From Tubiluchus corallicola (taxonomy: Eukaryota; Animalia; Priapulida), in contig JAQGDQ010000047.1 in assembly GCA_030141605.1 (NCBI GenBank), positions 372,001 through 436,000 of the forward strand: DNA of 64,000 nucleotides. The letters are read 5' to 3'. The notes under the pieces are model-generated. The model did not search any database and was not told where the DNA came from. It was given only the letters and a program-made list of their open reading frames with translations. Position numbers and translations under genes: made by a program. Below, one piece after another: positions 1 through 27,600 of this stretch; positions within the stretch are counted from its first letter, which is position 1; each line of letters starts with the position of its first letter.

Positions 1-1185
1 GAAAAATACATCTTAGACATGCTGTTTCTTTTTATATAGTCTACCATATTAGAATAGTAGCTTTCATTACTTTGTCATAAAAATTTGGTTTTTCTTGGTT
101 ATCTTTGATAGTTCGCACAACTCTTGTAATGGCGTCCCTCGGGGATGTTCCCTTCTCTTGATTGTGATTCTGCTTCTGAGTTAGAGATGAGAATGAAATC
201 ACAAAATGGCGAGCAACATCAAATCATGTTACAATTAAAAAAGGCTTACGCATCCGTCAAATGCTGAAAAAATATGACAAAATCATAGCAGAAATGATGG
301 AAGACGTTTCAGACTTGTAATTCCAGCAAGCGTGCGACACCTGATCAACATCACAGCGTTGCAGCCCAAAAGATAGTACAGATAGCACAGATATATTCAC
401 AACAAATTCTGCCTCTAATGAGCTTGTTTGTCTAGCATCATTTAAAATAATTTATCTACTCCTCCAGGGCAGAGGGTGCATCAGTCATGCGCAACACTTC
501 AGTATGAGTATTATTTGAGGGACGAGATTTCTTCTTTTGAATTGTGTAGATAAAATATAGATGTTTCTTTGTGATTTATTTAAAACGGCGGTTTCTATGA
601 TTTCTTAATTTCTTACCGACCTTTTTGCTGTCTCACAATAGGTTCAAATCCACACTGCGCAGTTTTTTCTCTTAAACCTTTCCTGTTTTTAACTTTTTTA
701 TTTTAGTCTAACGATTAACCGAGCACTAACTTACCTGTTTATTTAGTTATTTATGCTTATTTATTTATTTATTTACGTATTTATTTATTTATTTTTCGTG
801 GACAATGTGTATCCAAATTACTGCAGATTGAGTCTCAATACATGTCCATAATTTTGGTATTGTATTATAGGACTACTATTTCACAATAACCCTGAATTAT
901 ACATACTCAATATCGCTCACTTACACATAGGCCTACCCCACTTATATTGTACTGATCTGGTAAACGGCTTCTTGCCAAATTTATGTGTCAAGTCAAGCTT
1001 TTAATATTTATACTTTGTTTGTTTTACCAACCCTTAAAACGACAAGCATAGCTAAAATCAATGTTGAATTTAGCTGTTACTAAAGAAACTATTGACCTGA
1101 ATGAATTGAAAACTGACTAGCACGTGTGTTTAAACATGTCTGCACTTACAAAATAAATTAAGATTTAACTCACGAACATGCACAC

Positions 1186-2722
1186 ATGTTGCGTGTATAT
1201 TATTTGTCTATAATTTTTTGTATTTATGCCGTAGATGGCGTTGACAGTCCTCCAAGAGCACGAGCTGAAATTCCTAACCCGTTTCTTCAGACACCTGTAA
1301 ATTACACTGTTAGACTGTATGGTAATCGTAGCACTGACGATCACCTAATTACTACCTATAAATGGGATCAACTGAATGGCCCACCAGTCAAAATGAGTGT
1401 AAGTGAAATTTTGATATCAAATCTAGTCATATTTTATCTCATCATAGATTTACGTATCTGTATATTTTGTACGTAATTTCGGCATACTGCAAATTGGTAT
1501 CTATCAATTACTACAGGGCCTATGACTGACGAAGGTTCTGACAGAATCTAGTTTTTAATACAGATAATCCTCTAAAGTGAGATACTGAGCCGACAGATGA
1601 ATCTGTACATAGTTACTACATACTAAGTTCTTGTATATACACCATTGTCCTACAATGAAAGAATCAATCTTGTATGACCGATGAAGCAGCTGAGAAATGA
1701 TTTTTACCCATCCACTTATTAATCAGGTTTGGCATTGCTTAACTAATTTGAGATTAATGATCTCATTTTTACATATATATTTCACGTCTACAACGATTCC
1801 AAATGATGAAATAAATATATTAAATGTCTAATTCCAATTTGCAGGATTTATGGAGTGAAAACTTAAACATTCATCCTCCATTAGAGTCAGGCAAATATGC
1901 GTTCAGATTAACTGTGATGGACTCATTAGGACAGACACACTTTGATGTCGTTCAATTCTTCGTTGACGGTAAGTTTTTCTATCTAAAATTATTATTTCAC
2001 GAATAACATAGTCCGCGAATGGACACTGACTTGCTTCGGTTGTTTCCGCGTATCCTTATGTTATTGTTAAGTCCCAAGGTGCACATTTGTGTTATTTTAT
2101 GTAAACACACGGCCTCGGGGGTTTTTACTGGAAGCACTTGAGGTGTAGCAATTCTGTATGAAGCGGCTTATAACCCAGATATTTTTCTACCACCCGGTTT
2201 CAGTTATCATCGCTTTGTAGAAGCGTTTTGCTGCTGATTCACACGTCTGTTTGTCAGCCTGAAACGGGGATAAGAATTTTTGTTTTTAGAGTTTAGGCGC
2301 AGCAGCTGTATGAATGGATGCCTGCCTGCCCTTACCAGCACACTGCTTGGCTTCTATTGAAGTTATTTTCAGCTCAGCGGAATCGGTAAGCTGCTGACAT
2401 TTTTGCCGTCCTAGCAAAATTGGCAAAATGGTTCTCGTGCAGCTTCACTTCACGCAAGGGTCATTTCCAAATTTTCTGTAATCCAATTGAGACAGTCAAG
2501 TAAAGGCTTTGCAAATCGCATTTAGACAACTATTATCTAATTCATGCTCATTGCACGAGCACAGATAAGTGTGAATTAAGGACTGCGCAGGTGAATGAAT
2601 GCTTTGTGGCATTTTCAAAGATTGCAAAATTTTCGGTTTTCTATTCTGTAATCGCTTTTTAATTGCCCCGGAAACTTGCTTCCAAAGTCAATGTCCTAGC
2701 GCATTCTTTTGCAGATGATTGA
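1186..2722 (+). CDS. KIAA0319-type PKD/Ig-like domain protein (single domain visible; exons 1186 or 1235-1398, 1845-1968, 2715-2722)
   Basis: Spliced translation PPRARAE...VRLYGNRSTDDHLITTYKWDQLNGPPVKMS|DLWSENLNIHPPLESGKYAFRLTVMDSLGQTHFDVVQFFVD matches the PKD repeat pattern of KIAA0319-like proteins (PPxAxA, L.G..S.DD..I..Y.W.Q..GP, G.Y.F.LTV.D..G). Donors are AGT|gtaagt (1398) and G|gtaagt (1968); the acceptor is ttgcag|GAT (1845). The next good acceptor cttttgcag|AT GAT TGA ends the frame at 2722, with AATAAA at 3544. The 5' end is ambiguous: ATG 1186 with a signal-like peptide, or an acceptor at 1234. Confidence 0.7.
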
Positions 2723-2751
2723 AATTCTTGTCATTTATTATTTATAAAAAC

Positions 2752-2983
2752 CAATCATCATCTTCTTCACATCATTGCTATCATTGCCATCATAACCACC
2801 ACCGTCATCACCATCACATCATCGTCATCATCATCATCATCGTCATCATCATCAACAACAACAACAACAACAACAACAAAAACAATATCAACAACAACAA
2901 CAACAGCATCATTATTATCATCATCATCACCATCATCGTCGTCGTCGTCGTCGTCATGATCATCATCATCATCACTAACACAC

Positions 2984-3022
<39 letters not shown>

Positions 3023-3082
3023 TAACAACAACAACAACAACAACAACAACGTCATCATCACTAACAACATTGTCATCGTCGT
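2752..3082. repeat. Compound trinucleotide microsatellite (CAT)n/(CAA)n/(CGT)n
   Basis: Directly visible runs of catcat, aacaac and gtcgtc; explains spurious ORF 2719..3126. Confidence 0.95.
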
Positions 3083-6000
3083 TTTTACGCTACCGGCTTC
3101 CAAGAGCCAAATATATTACCACCTAAAGGTATAAATTTGCATTAATTTGAATACATTAGTAGAATGGATACTTCGTTTCATGGGCATCACAAGATTTATT
3201 TCAACAACTAATTTAATAATGGGGCTTGTAATAGAATAAGTCGATGTAAAGTGCGCAGGATCTCGTTGAGTTATTGTGAACTTAACCTTTATCTAATTTG
3301 ACGTTTAGCAGTAAAACATTTAATCGCTGCTTAATTTTTTTATGGTACACTTTAGTCTTTGCTGATTAGTAATCGATTACTTACTCTTTCCTGCTTCAGT
3401 TACCCACGAATGCAGCAGATCTATTTAATATTAACTTTTAGCCTTTTAATTGGCGTCAAGTTTATAATACAGGTGTCTATAATACAGGTGTTTATAATAT
3501 ATATGACAAATGTAAACTGTCGTACTTGAATTTCAAGGCAAGAAATAAAATTTACGCCAAGTGTTTAATCCGTTTTGATATCATATTCTTGGCGGATGCC
3601 TTTTGACTGAATCCGCGTTAGGATATCTATATGCAAAATAAACGAAATGCACAACGCGGAAGTAAGAAGGGTATTGCTTCCTCGACAGCAAAAGATATCC
3701 TCCTGTTGATATAACCGCGTTATCACCGTTCAAGGATTCACCACAATGAACAGCAACGTTCAAAAGTGTTTATTTCTGTGCAAAGTCAACACTTATAGCC
3801 TATTACGTACCTATAAACTGCAAACATCCAGCAATAGATATCATATTTGGCCGTTTATCGTCATGGTTTATCTTCCTGTCATTTTGCCTGTGACAGCATG
3901 ATAAATTATTTATAGAAACAGTGCATCATCTACTAAAATTATTGTGGAAGTTACAATAACTAATATATTACTACACTGCTGCTGCTGCTGTTGCTGTTGT
4001 TGGGTATCAATAATGCTAACCTGTCGGCTGAACAAAGACGAATGATTGGTGATTTAAAAAAGTTAAAACAGCACTAACTTGATGGTAGTTCCTTAATATA
4101 TAATAATCCGTAATTTTAGTAGATGGCAAGCAGTGCTGTAATTCTCTGATGACCACACTGCTATAATGTTTAATCATACACTAGCCAAAGTGGCGACACC
4201 TATCCACAAGAAATAGAAAGTGTCATAAGCAACTGGTGCCCCTTTTATTATTGTATCGCATGACATTATTGTTTTTAATAATTAGTTAATTACACATACG
4301 TATTATAAATGTCGGTATGAAGTTGACAATCTTTCTACAGTGTCAATATTTTACTATTTAGTTTAAGCAGCCAAAGGTGCAAATGTTCAGCTGTAGCCAA
4401 AAGTTTTCAGCATTTTGACTTAAATTTCGCAAAATATGTTCTCTTTGCTTCTGTCAGCTATCAGCTGGCATTGAGCGACTCTGACGGGGATTCGGTATTA
4501 TTATTTTGTGTTAAGGCGAGTATTTCTGATGAGAGTTCACTACTTTTCCTTCCCTCAAGCTGCATCAAGCATGATATCATTATCGTTCCATATTCATGCA
4601 ACTAATCGTTACCCCCTGTGTTCACAATCAATTTGCTCCTTGGAAAACGGCATCGAGTTTCTGGGCTGAAAGCACACACTGGATGTTTGGTATTAATGTA
4701 TTTATTGGCCCTGTTTCATTTGCTAAAGAGGCTTCTTCAATATGCTCTTGCGTGTTTGAACTGTAGCGCAATCGATACCTCTACTGTGGAGTCAATAATG
4801 TATCAATTATCCAAATCACGAGCGATGCAGTTTAGCCATGAATATGTAGATATATTTTCGTTATAATCGCTTTAATTTCAATTGGCCCAAGAGGCTCAGT
4901 TGCAGAAGCTCACTAGCACACATCCTGCTCTAGTTTATTTATAGAAACATTAATTCGTGGTTGTTTTATTTCTGCGCAATGCGCGCAGTTCGAGGCTGTT
5001 AAATCATTTAAACCCATTGTGAAGTTTATTCTATGGAAAAAATTTTGACAATGAAATAAATGCAATTATTGTTCATCGGGAAAGTAGTTACAGCTGAGAT
5101 ATTTTATAACCATATTGACACAAAAGTGTCGTGAAATTGATAGACAATTTCATGTCACTGCTCTAATGCTTGCTTTCTTGTCTACTTTCAGCACCTTTTC
5201 TCATTCTCATTCTTCTTGTTCTTCTTTTTGTCCTTTTCGTTCTTTTTTTGTTTACTATCTAGATCATAATTATCATAGCTCATATTATATCGGATTATAC
5301 AATCATTGTATTATTATAGTCTTGCAGTCATAAACTTGTTGGATACCAGTTTTCAAATATCTGTCTTCACTTGCATTTACGTAATAATTATAGCTGTTAT
5401 ACTAAATGCAAGTTTCCATTTTAAACTGCGGACTGGTGCGCTATCCAACAGTGTTTCAGCTGGTTATTCACTCTGTTTTCAGTTGTTCAATGCACTGCAA
5501 TTTTACATTCTTTTTTCACCTCCAAAGAGACTGGTTTCACTATCGGAAATTAGGCGACACATGACAAAATGAAGGTTATTCGACTCTAAGCAAGAAACTA
5601 GTACTTAGAGACCTTCAACCATATGAAGATATAACGGTTTTTTTTCTCAATATAGGTTTTCCTGTTACTGCTGTTAGTGAGTCTCAGTATTAGATCAGAC
5701 GCGCATGTATTTATTTTTTATAATCTTGTGATCAATAAACCAATTTTGGGCAATAAGCCAATATTATCTAAATCATATTAAAGCGCCAAATAATGTTTGT
5801 ATGATGACTTACATCTGTATAATTAAGTTCGGTGGTATGTTTTATATATATATATGTTATGTATATAAATATATATAGCGTTATAAATGAGGACTATGTA
5901 GGATGTTCGCATAATATTGATTATAAGTGTATTTATAGGCAAAAATTTTTGCGAGGCCTTTGCTAGTTAGCGAATTAGTACGTCTGAAGTCTAATTTTAT

Positions 6001-6114
6001 TTGTTTCTCATTATTGTTTGCTCTTAGTCATATAACATTGATGTGAAACTGTCTGTTTTCGGAAACTGTAGTATGGATGACTAAACAACACAGTCGTTTA
6101 CCCGGTCGGAGCCC

Positions 6115-6188
6115 AGCACGCACGCACAAACTCACGCGTACACACGCACGCACGCACACACGCACGCGCGCGCACACACACACACACG

Positions 6189-6229
<41 letters not shown>
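6115..6229. repeat. (CACG)n/(CA)n microsatellite
   Basis: Visible gcacgcac...cacacaca tract; source of three low-complexity ORFs. Confidence 0.95.
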
Positions 6230-6231
<2 letters not shown>

Positions 6232-6659
6232 TCTGGAACGCACTTATTTGACAATTACTGATCATTGTTGATGAACGTAAATATTTGCCATTAAAATACG
6301 GCACTTATTTGCCATTAAAATACATTGATAATTACTTAACAAAGGCTTTACAGAGATGATCAATCAGTGTTAGTTAATAAAAACTTACACTGCTAAAGGC
6401 AATTGCGTCAGTCCAATCTAAACTACTGGGCAGTAACGAAAATGACGAATAAAAATAAAACGTATTTACAACTATTCACAAATATTAAAAATTATGATTT
6501 AATTAATATGGCAATGGATATAATCATTCTAAATTCTTCTATATATAATCATTCTAAACTAAATTCTTATCAATAAGAATATAATAGCGCCAAATTTAAA
6601 TTTTCCTTTTCGCAAATCTGTGTGGGATTGTGTGGTTGTTCCCGTGAAAAATGTACCCA

Positions 6660-7028
6660 GTGGAGACGTCATCGCGCCAGCTGCGCTCGTCAGTCATTAG
6701 CTAATACTTTTTTATAAAAAACATTTTAGTAATTATTATACGGTAATAACAAAACGACTATGTTATATCACGTAAGTCAAGTTATAATAATGGGCCTAGT
6801 GGCTTGGTAAGTCAAGGTGCATTGACAAACCTTTCTGTTTTGTCAGTTGCTGCGCATTGCATGCGCGCGCACAATGTCGCCTGCATTGCTTAACTAGCCG
6901 TGGTTCATCCACTTACTCTGCTCAGAACTCACGCGCGGGACACCACAGCGGTAGATTGTCAGTGCTGGGTGACATAATCTATAATGTTAACAGACAGTGA
7001 CGATTGATTTTCTCTCAGAGCTGCGTTC
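6660..7028 (+). promoter_or_regulatory. Probable syndecan core promoter and 5' leader
   Basis: CpG-rich patch upstream of the ATG. Initiator-like TCAGTC at 6690-6695 and TCAGTT at 6843-6848. Candidate 5'UTR intron 6772-6846 (C|gtaagt ... ttttgtcag|). GACGTCA CRE-like motif at 6665. Confidence 0.45.
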
Positions 7029-21420
<14,392 letters not shown>

Positions 21421-23757
21421 AGAAGTGTATTGATGTATACGGCTTTTATACGGATAAAACATAAACATTGCAGGTGCTTTTACAATGGAATCTCATCTGT
21501 CTTGTAGGCAAATTGTAAATTATTTGGCTTCATCATCTACGGTTGCATAGAAACTGACTTCGCATTGAAGATTCCTAACTGGAACCAGATTTGTTGATGT
21601 TCGGATGAGTTATGACTACCACTTAGTTATTGAAATTGTGACTTCGCCGGCTTATTTATCATGGAAACTGTCAGTTTGGCGTTTGGTCTTGTTAATTTTT
21701 TGAAGGTTATGAAAACTTTTCGGAGACTGATTGAGCTCAGCTCACTGACAGTAGAAGAATGTTGACAGCGATTTGTTCAGTGACAAATTGCTTTTAACAA
21801 CAAACTGCTTTCTTTGACATAGCTGTGACGTAATGCTAAATACGCACGTCATTTATCTCCCAGGTTATCAAGCTGCAAGTTGCTGGAAGAACAACTTTCC
21901 AGGCTGCAGACAAATTCCAACAATGTGACCTGATTTGAAAATAACAATAAACCATATTATGCATCATTTTAATTAATTTTTAGACTCAAAATTTAATGTC
22001 AGTTAGAAAATCGATTTTTGAAACTTGTAGGCCAAACGCTATAAAAAAAACTTAATTCCGCATCCTTTGTTATTACAAATACTGTATACATTACAAAGTT
22101 GCTGTTATGATTAAAAGAACTAAAACTTAAGCCTACTAGGCTGGCCTATACATGAGATCAGAGCCATACAAACACTGCAACCTAACCCGAAAGCTGCCTC
22201 TGTTCTTCGTTTTCCTTTTTAATACATGTATACTGGTTTCCTATTTGAATTTTATGTCCCTGTCAGTTAATATAGATTGACTTGTTCAAGCAAAATGTGG
22301 GCACTGGGTCAGTACAGCTTTTATATTTTGCTTCTCTTACCAGTCTGTAGATTATTCTTTGTTTACATAAAGTGAATACTAGCAACTCCTCTGCTAGAAG
22401 CCTGAAAGGCACTCCCTTTCATTTCCTAAGTTCAGGACCAACCATGACTTGTCTGCTCGCAATCCAGGCCAGTATTGATCAGTTTCCTGGAGAACAGCAC
22501 CAGTCTCGTACAGAAAATGAAAATAAGCACGTAGTTTACATAGATTTATTGCAAACTACTGAAGCTTGAGTGCATGCTTGAGCGATGCAAAAGCTGGTAA
22601 AACGCTGATATAATTACTTGCGTTCTATTAGATTTACAGTCCATTCTCTATATTTCCTAAGACAAGTTCATTGTAAGTGCATCAACTTTAGTTTTCTTTA
22701 AAAATTTATTCAACTTATTATTTGTTATTCAACAAATTATTTATTGTGACCAAAACTAAAGGCAAAAAGTACAATAATTTTAGTATTGATTATCAAGAGA
22801 CTGTCTGATGACCCGCTTAGACTAACGAGCATACCCGATGATTAATCGTGAAAGTAAGAGAGCGACAGTCTAAGCGAATGACAGCTTTGCACGATACCAT
22901 AAAATTCAGCTTACATACTTATTCGTGAGTGATATGCTTCCCAGATGACTTTTTCTTGATGAAATTTACCCAACCAGCGGCCAAATTTTTTGCACATGAC
23001 ATTGCTTTTATTGCAGAGTTTTGTTTTCCTTTGGGAAAGGGTTATAGCCTAAATGGTGCAACCTTTCTAAAATTCTTAAAGGAAATTCTTTTTTTTGCAG
23101 TGTTACACACCTAACATTCAATGTGAGAACCCAAAATCTGATGGTTTGCATTTACAAATTTGAATTCACTGTCAAAAAACATTCTTTTATAAAAAAAATC
23201 ATACAATTCGAATGGTAATGTAACTACAATACACTAAGAATTCATGTGCAGTCTTTTCAGAATATTAACAAACTTTAATTGTCCGTGGAGCATATAATTA
23301 TAGCACAGTACATTCGTGAAGACAGCTAATATTTTCAGAATTCTCAGTATTATTCAAGGTGTTCCATTAAAATGTATTAAAAATTTGTGTATTTTAGTGT
23401 ATCATTTTGTCTGTGTCAGAAATGGAATGTCTTTGTTGTCTTGTTGCACTTTTTATGTATCATGTGTCATAAAAAATGAGTAGCTTTTAATTTATTTTGA
23501 AGTTGTCTTGTCTAACAAAACGGTTACTTTAGATTTCTTTTCAATTGCCTATAATTTAAGTGTATGTTAAGGTAATGCAAAAAGACTACTACTTGTAGCT
23601 ATTGTACTATATTCTAATGTATCTAAAACCAATCATTTTTCACTTGATATTGGTTCGAATTTTTTAATGTAAATATTTTGTGTAGCTTACTTTGTATATT
23701 TATTACAATTATCTTGTTAACTTATTTGTGCCATATTATTATTTACTCATTTGTTAA

Positions 23758-23763
23758 AATAAA
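23758..23763 (+). terminator. Candidate syndecan polyadenylation signal (AATAAA)
   Basis: AATAAA ends a long U-rich 3'UTR-like stretch; other AATAAA hexamers exist (for example ~21945), so usage is unproven. Confidence 0.4.
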
Positions 23764-24631
23764 TGTCAATTTTTCCAAAAAATAGCAAATTAAAGTAACT
23801 GATCTTCTCGGGTGGAGGGGGTAATAACAGAAGCTCGCTTGTTTCAGCATAATTTATGATTGACATTCAAGACACTAGTGTCCACTTGCCAGATCATGCT
23901 GTCAGCACAACGGCAAAGTAACAAATGCAAAGGACTGGCAACAAGAGAGAGATGGGGAGAGAAGGAGAGGGAGAGGGGGATGCTGAAAATTTAATGATAT
24001 AATCAAGTGATTCATCACATAGTGGAGAAACGCAAATGTATACAAACAGTCATGTACATAATACATACACAAAATATCCACCAGTGGAAATATGCAAAAA
24101 AAAACTTGAGTAAATAGCAGCTATTTGATGCAATCATGCGTGTGTCCAAGTTTCTCTCTCAACTGGTTAAAAGCTTTGTCCCAGGTGATAACTGTATTCT
24201 CTGTAGAAACAATTTTTACCATATTAGCCTGCAACTTTTAATACCTGTAGAATCACACAAATTCAAAAAGTTTGAATCACAGTACTCGTTGATCCCAGGC
24301 GCAAATACAAGTAGCACCATGCACAGCAAATATCGGTTGCTTTCCATTAACTGTAACTGAGTTATCCCACATGCTTCTAGTGACTATTTTGAACTCCTTG
24401 CAGCGCTGCAACCAATAAATTTCCAGAAGCAAGCTAAGACTGTATTACCTTTAAATGTATTTTTAAGAGAATGTAGCACATACAATAATGTACCATGGAC
24501 TCCACATTTCACGCACTAAATATTCATAACAGCAAGTCAAAACTGCTTGTCTTACAGTATTTTAACTGCACTTGCTGAGTGTCACTTACTATATATAAAG
24601 GCACTTTGGACTTGTGCAGGTTTTTCTAGTC

Positions 24632-27600
24632 TCACCGATTTTTAAAAGCTTTTGGTACAATAAGCAAACTATCCACATCTGCAAAGAAACCAATATGTGA
24701 ATGTAACAATATTTTTCATCCCAAATTTCATTTTATTTAAGAGGCATACATATGCACGATATAATCCACAAAAAATCAATATGTACAATATCATTCAGCA
24801 TTTGTAGGTATTTTGAACCCAAAAAATAATTACATGTATATTATTATTGTGGCTGTGTATAGGGTATATCTCATTAAAGATTCGTAAACCAAAGTTGACC
24901 ATATACTCAGCTAATGTATCAGAATTTTGTTTTCAGTACGGATCATTATATTATGGTATTTGTAAAAATATCAATGAAAATTAAATGGACAAAATGCAAT
25001 GAGATACTGTTTAAAAAAAGATGAATCATATACTTCAAAGTTAAACAAGGCCAAGATCTTCAAGTTTTCAGAAATTTGCTTTTCAAGGGACATGACTTCT
25101 GGCATTTGGTGAGAAGAATGAAAATTAGAATACGATTCTAGTTTATTTACAATAATTTTTTAGTTATGTAAATGACTTCATCATCATGAAAATCTTTGTA
25201 TCCTTATAATTTCACCCTATCTAGTTTGCTGAAATTTAACTTAACTTGAAACATCTCATCAGGAATTTGCAAAACGCTTTTGAATTTATTTAAAAATCTG
25301 AGTGTTCGACTAAACTGACATTGAGAGATTATGTATAATTAGCTAGAGGCCAGATTCCTACTGAATTTTATTATAGCTCACAGGATGATGAAAACATCCA
25401 CCTAGCAACTATGTGTCCTGTTGGCTTGAGCACAAGAGTATGTCTCTTCATTGCTGCTTAAGCACTCTGCAGTCTTAATTTACAAGAGAGAGCCACTGGA
25501 TAAAAGTGAGGCTCAAAAGCCATAAAAATGCTTTTAGAAAACTTCTTTGGTATGTGTTTTAAAAAATATGTCACTGACACGCTATTACACTTTCAGTAAC
25601 GCAAATTTCATGGACTAATACATTTTCACTGATACATCACTGGCACACTGTTACACCTTCACTAACACATCAGTGAAAAATACATCTGGCACACTATTAC
25701 ACTTCAACTTCTCAATGATGCTTCACAAGTTCTTTCAATTTTTCTCTTAAAATTGCATATGATGTGAGCATTGTTGTACATGCCACAGCATTTGAGATAT
25801 TTAGTACACCTATGCTTTAACAGAAGACCACATTCTTAATCACTAAATACGAGAACAGATTTTCATGCTCATTTCCAGAAACATAAAAAGTAAGCATTTC
25901 AAAATAGCCAACTGATTTTTAGCAACTTTTTTATTGTTTAGCATTTAAATTATTATCACTTTTTATCTTGATCATTGAGGAAAGATTTATTCTTCTCAGT
26001 TTATTTTCTACTAACAAAAGCTATACATCACTGAGCACACTGATAAACCTAAACACATAGTCTTGCATAAACTAAAAATGATACTCAGGTACTTACAATC
26101 TTTGTGCAATAAGTGAGAAAGAATCAAGCCAACAAATGCATTTTTCTTTTTTTCAGTATCTTCAATAACATCATCGGTGGCTTCAAATGTCCTAAAAAAG
26201 TGAACAATTTCAACTTTAGTTTCAAGTTTAACATAAATATTAATATAGTAGTTAATGAGAATGATGGTCAATTTCTTTAGTTTTGCATTAATAATTCATC
26301 TGCATACACAGCATCTATAATAAATGTAACAACAGTTGCGGATTTAGGGGGTTGGCCTAACGGGCCTGGGCTCCCCTTTCACGGTAGCAGTTACAACACA
26401 TCAATAGTTTGGGAGGAGCCACCAAACACAGTAAAACTTATCCAGTGGGTGGAGCTTTCTGTGTTTGTAACCATCAACATTTGAGTTCACTAATAATTGG
26501 AATAGTTTTATGTATAACTATCCATATTTTGCTGGGTAGATAATCTTGACACTAAGTAAATTAAGTTTAAGCAATGTGACATCCGAATTGCACAGTATTC
26601 CGAACTTGCTTTAAGACATATGACTGCTACTATAGAATACAATGAATATTACCTAAATAAATGCAGGTAAAATATATTGATCAGAGCAGAGCAAGTCAAG
26701 TATACCATTGGCAAAAGTCGCAACTTGGCCTAGAGACTAATGATGCAAGTTGACAATTCTATAATGTCAATAGATGTCAGAAGTCTCACAACAAAACTGA
26801 TCTAAAACAGCCTATTTTCCAGAAAAACGCATTAAACGTATCCTGTTCCTGACAATGAATTAATTTCATGATAAAGAGTGATCATACCATCCCATGTGGT
26901 GACCACAGCGAGGACAAATGGCTATTCTCCATGTGTAACCTGGAAACCAGCTATCTTTATAAACTGCTTCCCCTTGGTTGTAAACACCAGCCTTGTCTAC
27001 CACGATGACTTCAAATCTGTTGCCTACAAAACGGTAGAAACCACATCAAGAATATTTTGATGTACAGATTTATATGCTAGAAGGACCATGTTTATAAACT
27101 TCTAAGGTATTAACTAATGACTGCTAAAAATGTTTCTAAGCCTAAACATTTTAAACTGATGCATGAATAATGTTTGTAGCAAAACAGCAAGTGACAACAG
27201 ATTATAAGTTGTCGAATGACATGGTCAGCTCATTCTGCTAATATTTTTAGCCAAAATTCTAACCTCAGACACTTTTTTAGCCATTTTTGTGTTATATTAT
27301 CCACAATATAACGAAAGCACGTTATACACTTGTCAAAAACTTAGGCACTTGATATTTTCTTTCGCTTATTTTCTTTGTGAGTAAACTAAATTTTGGCTGA
27401 AAGTTATATAAGACAAGCAGACCAGAAATGATCAGTCAGAAGTAAAAATTAGAACCAGCGGGCTGATATTGATTTACACTATAAATTTTAGTTTTCTTTG
27501 AATTTTTAACATTGTAAAAATAAGAGTTACCATGAGGATTTTGGAAAAGTTGAACCAACACTTCAGGTGTATCCAAAATTGTATCATTCCAATAAGATAC

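Noticed and set aside
2719-3126. Low-complexity ORFs here and at 6028-6304, 10054-10374 and 33751-34239
   Set aside because: Translations of microsatellites with no splice or domain support.
22798-22871. CTGATGA...GAAA hammerhead-like arrangement
   Set aside because: No closing stem II pair and no stem III/NUH cleavage triplet.
25458-25495. Alternative last exon candidate for the CULT gene (ttttatccag|TG GCT CTC...TAA)
   Set aside because: The peptide has no family resemblance; the exon at 24678-24632 gives the more plausible DSLLIVPK ending.
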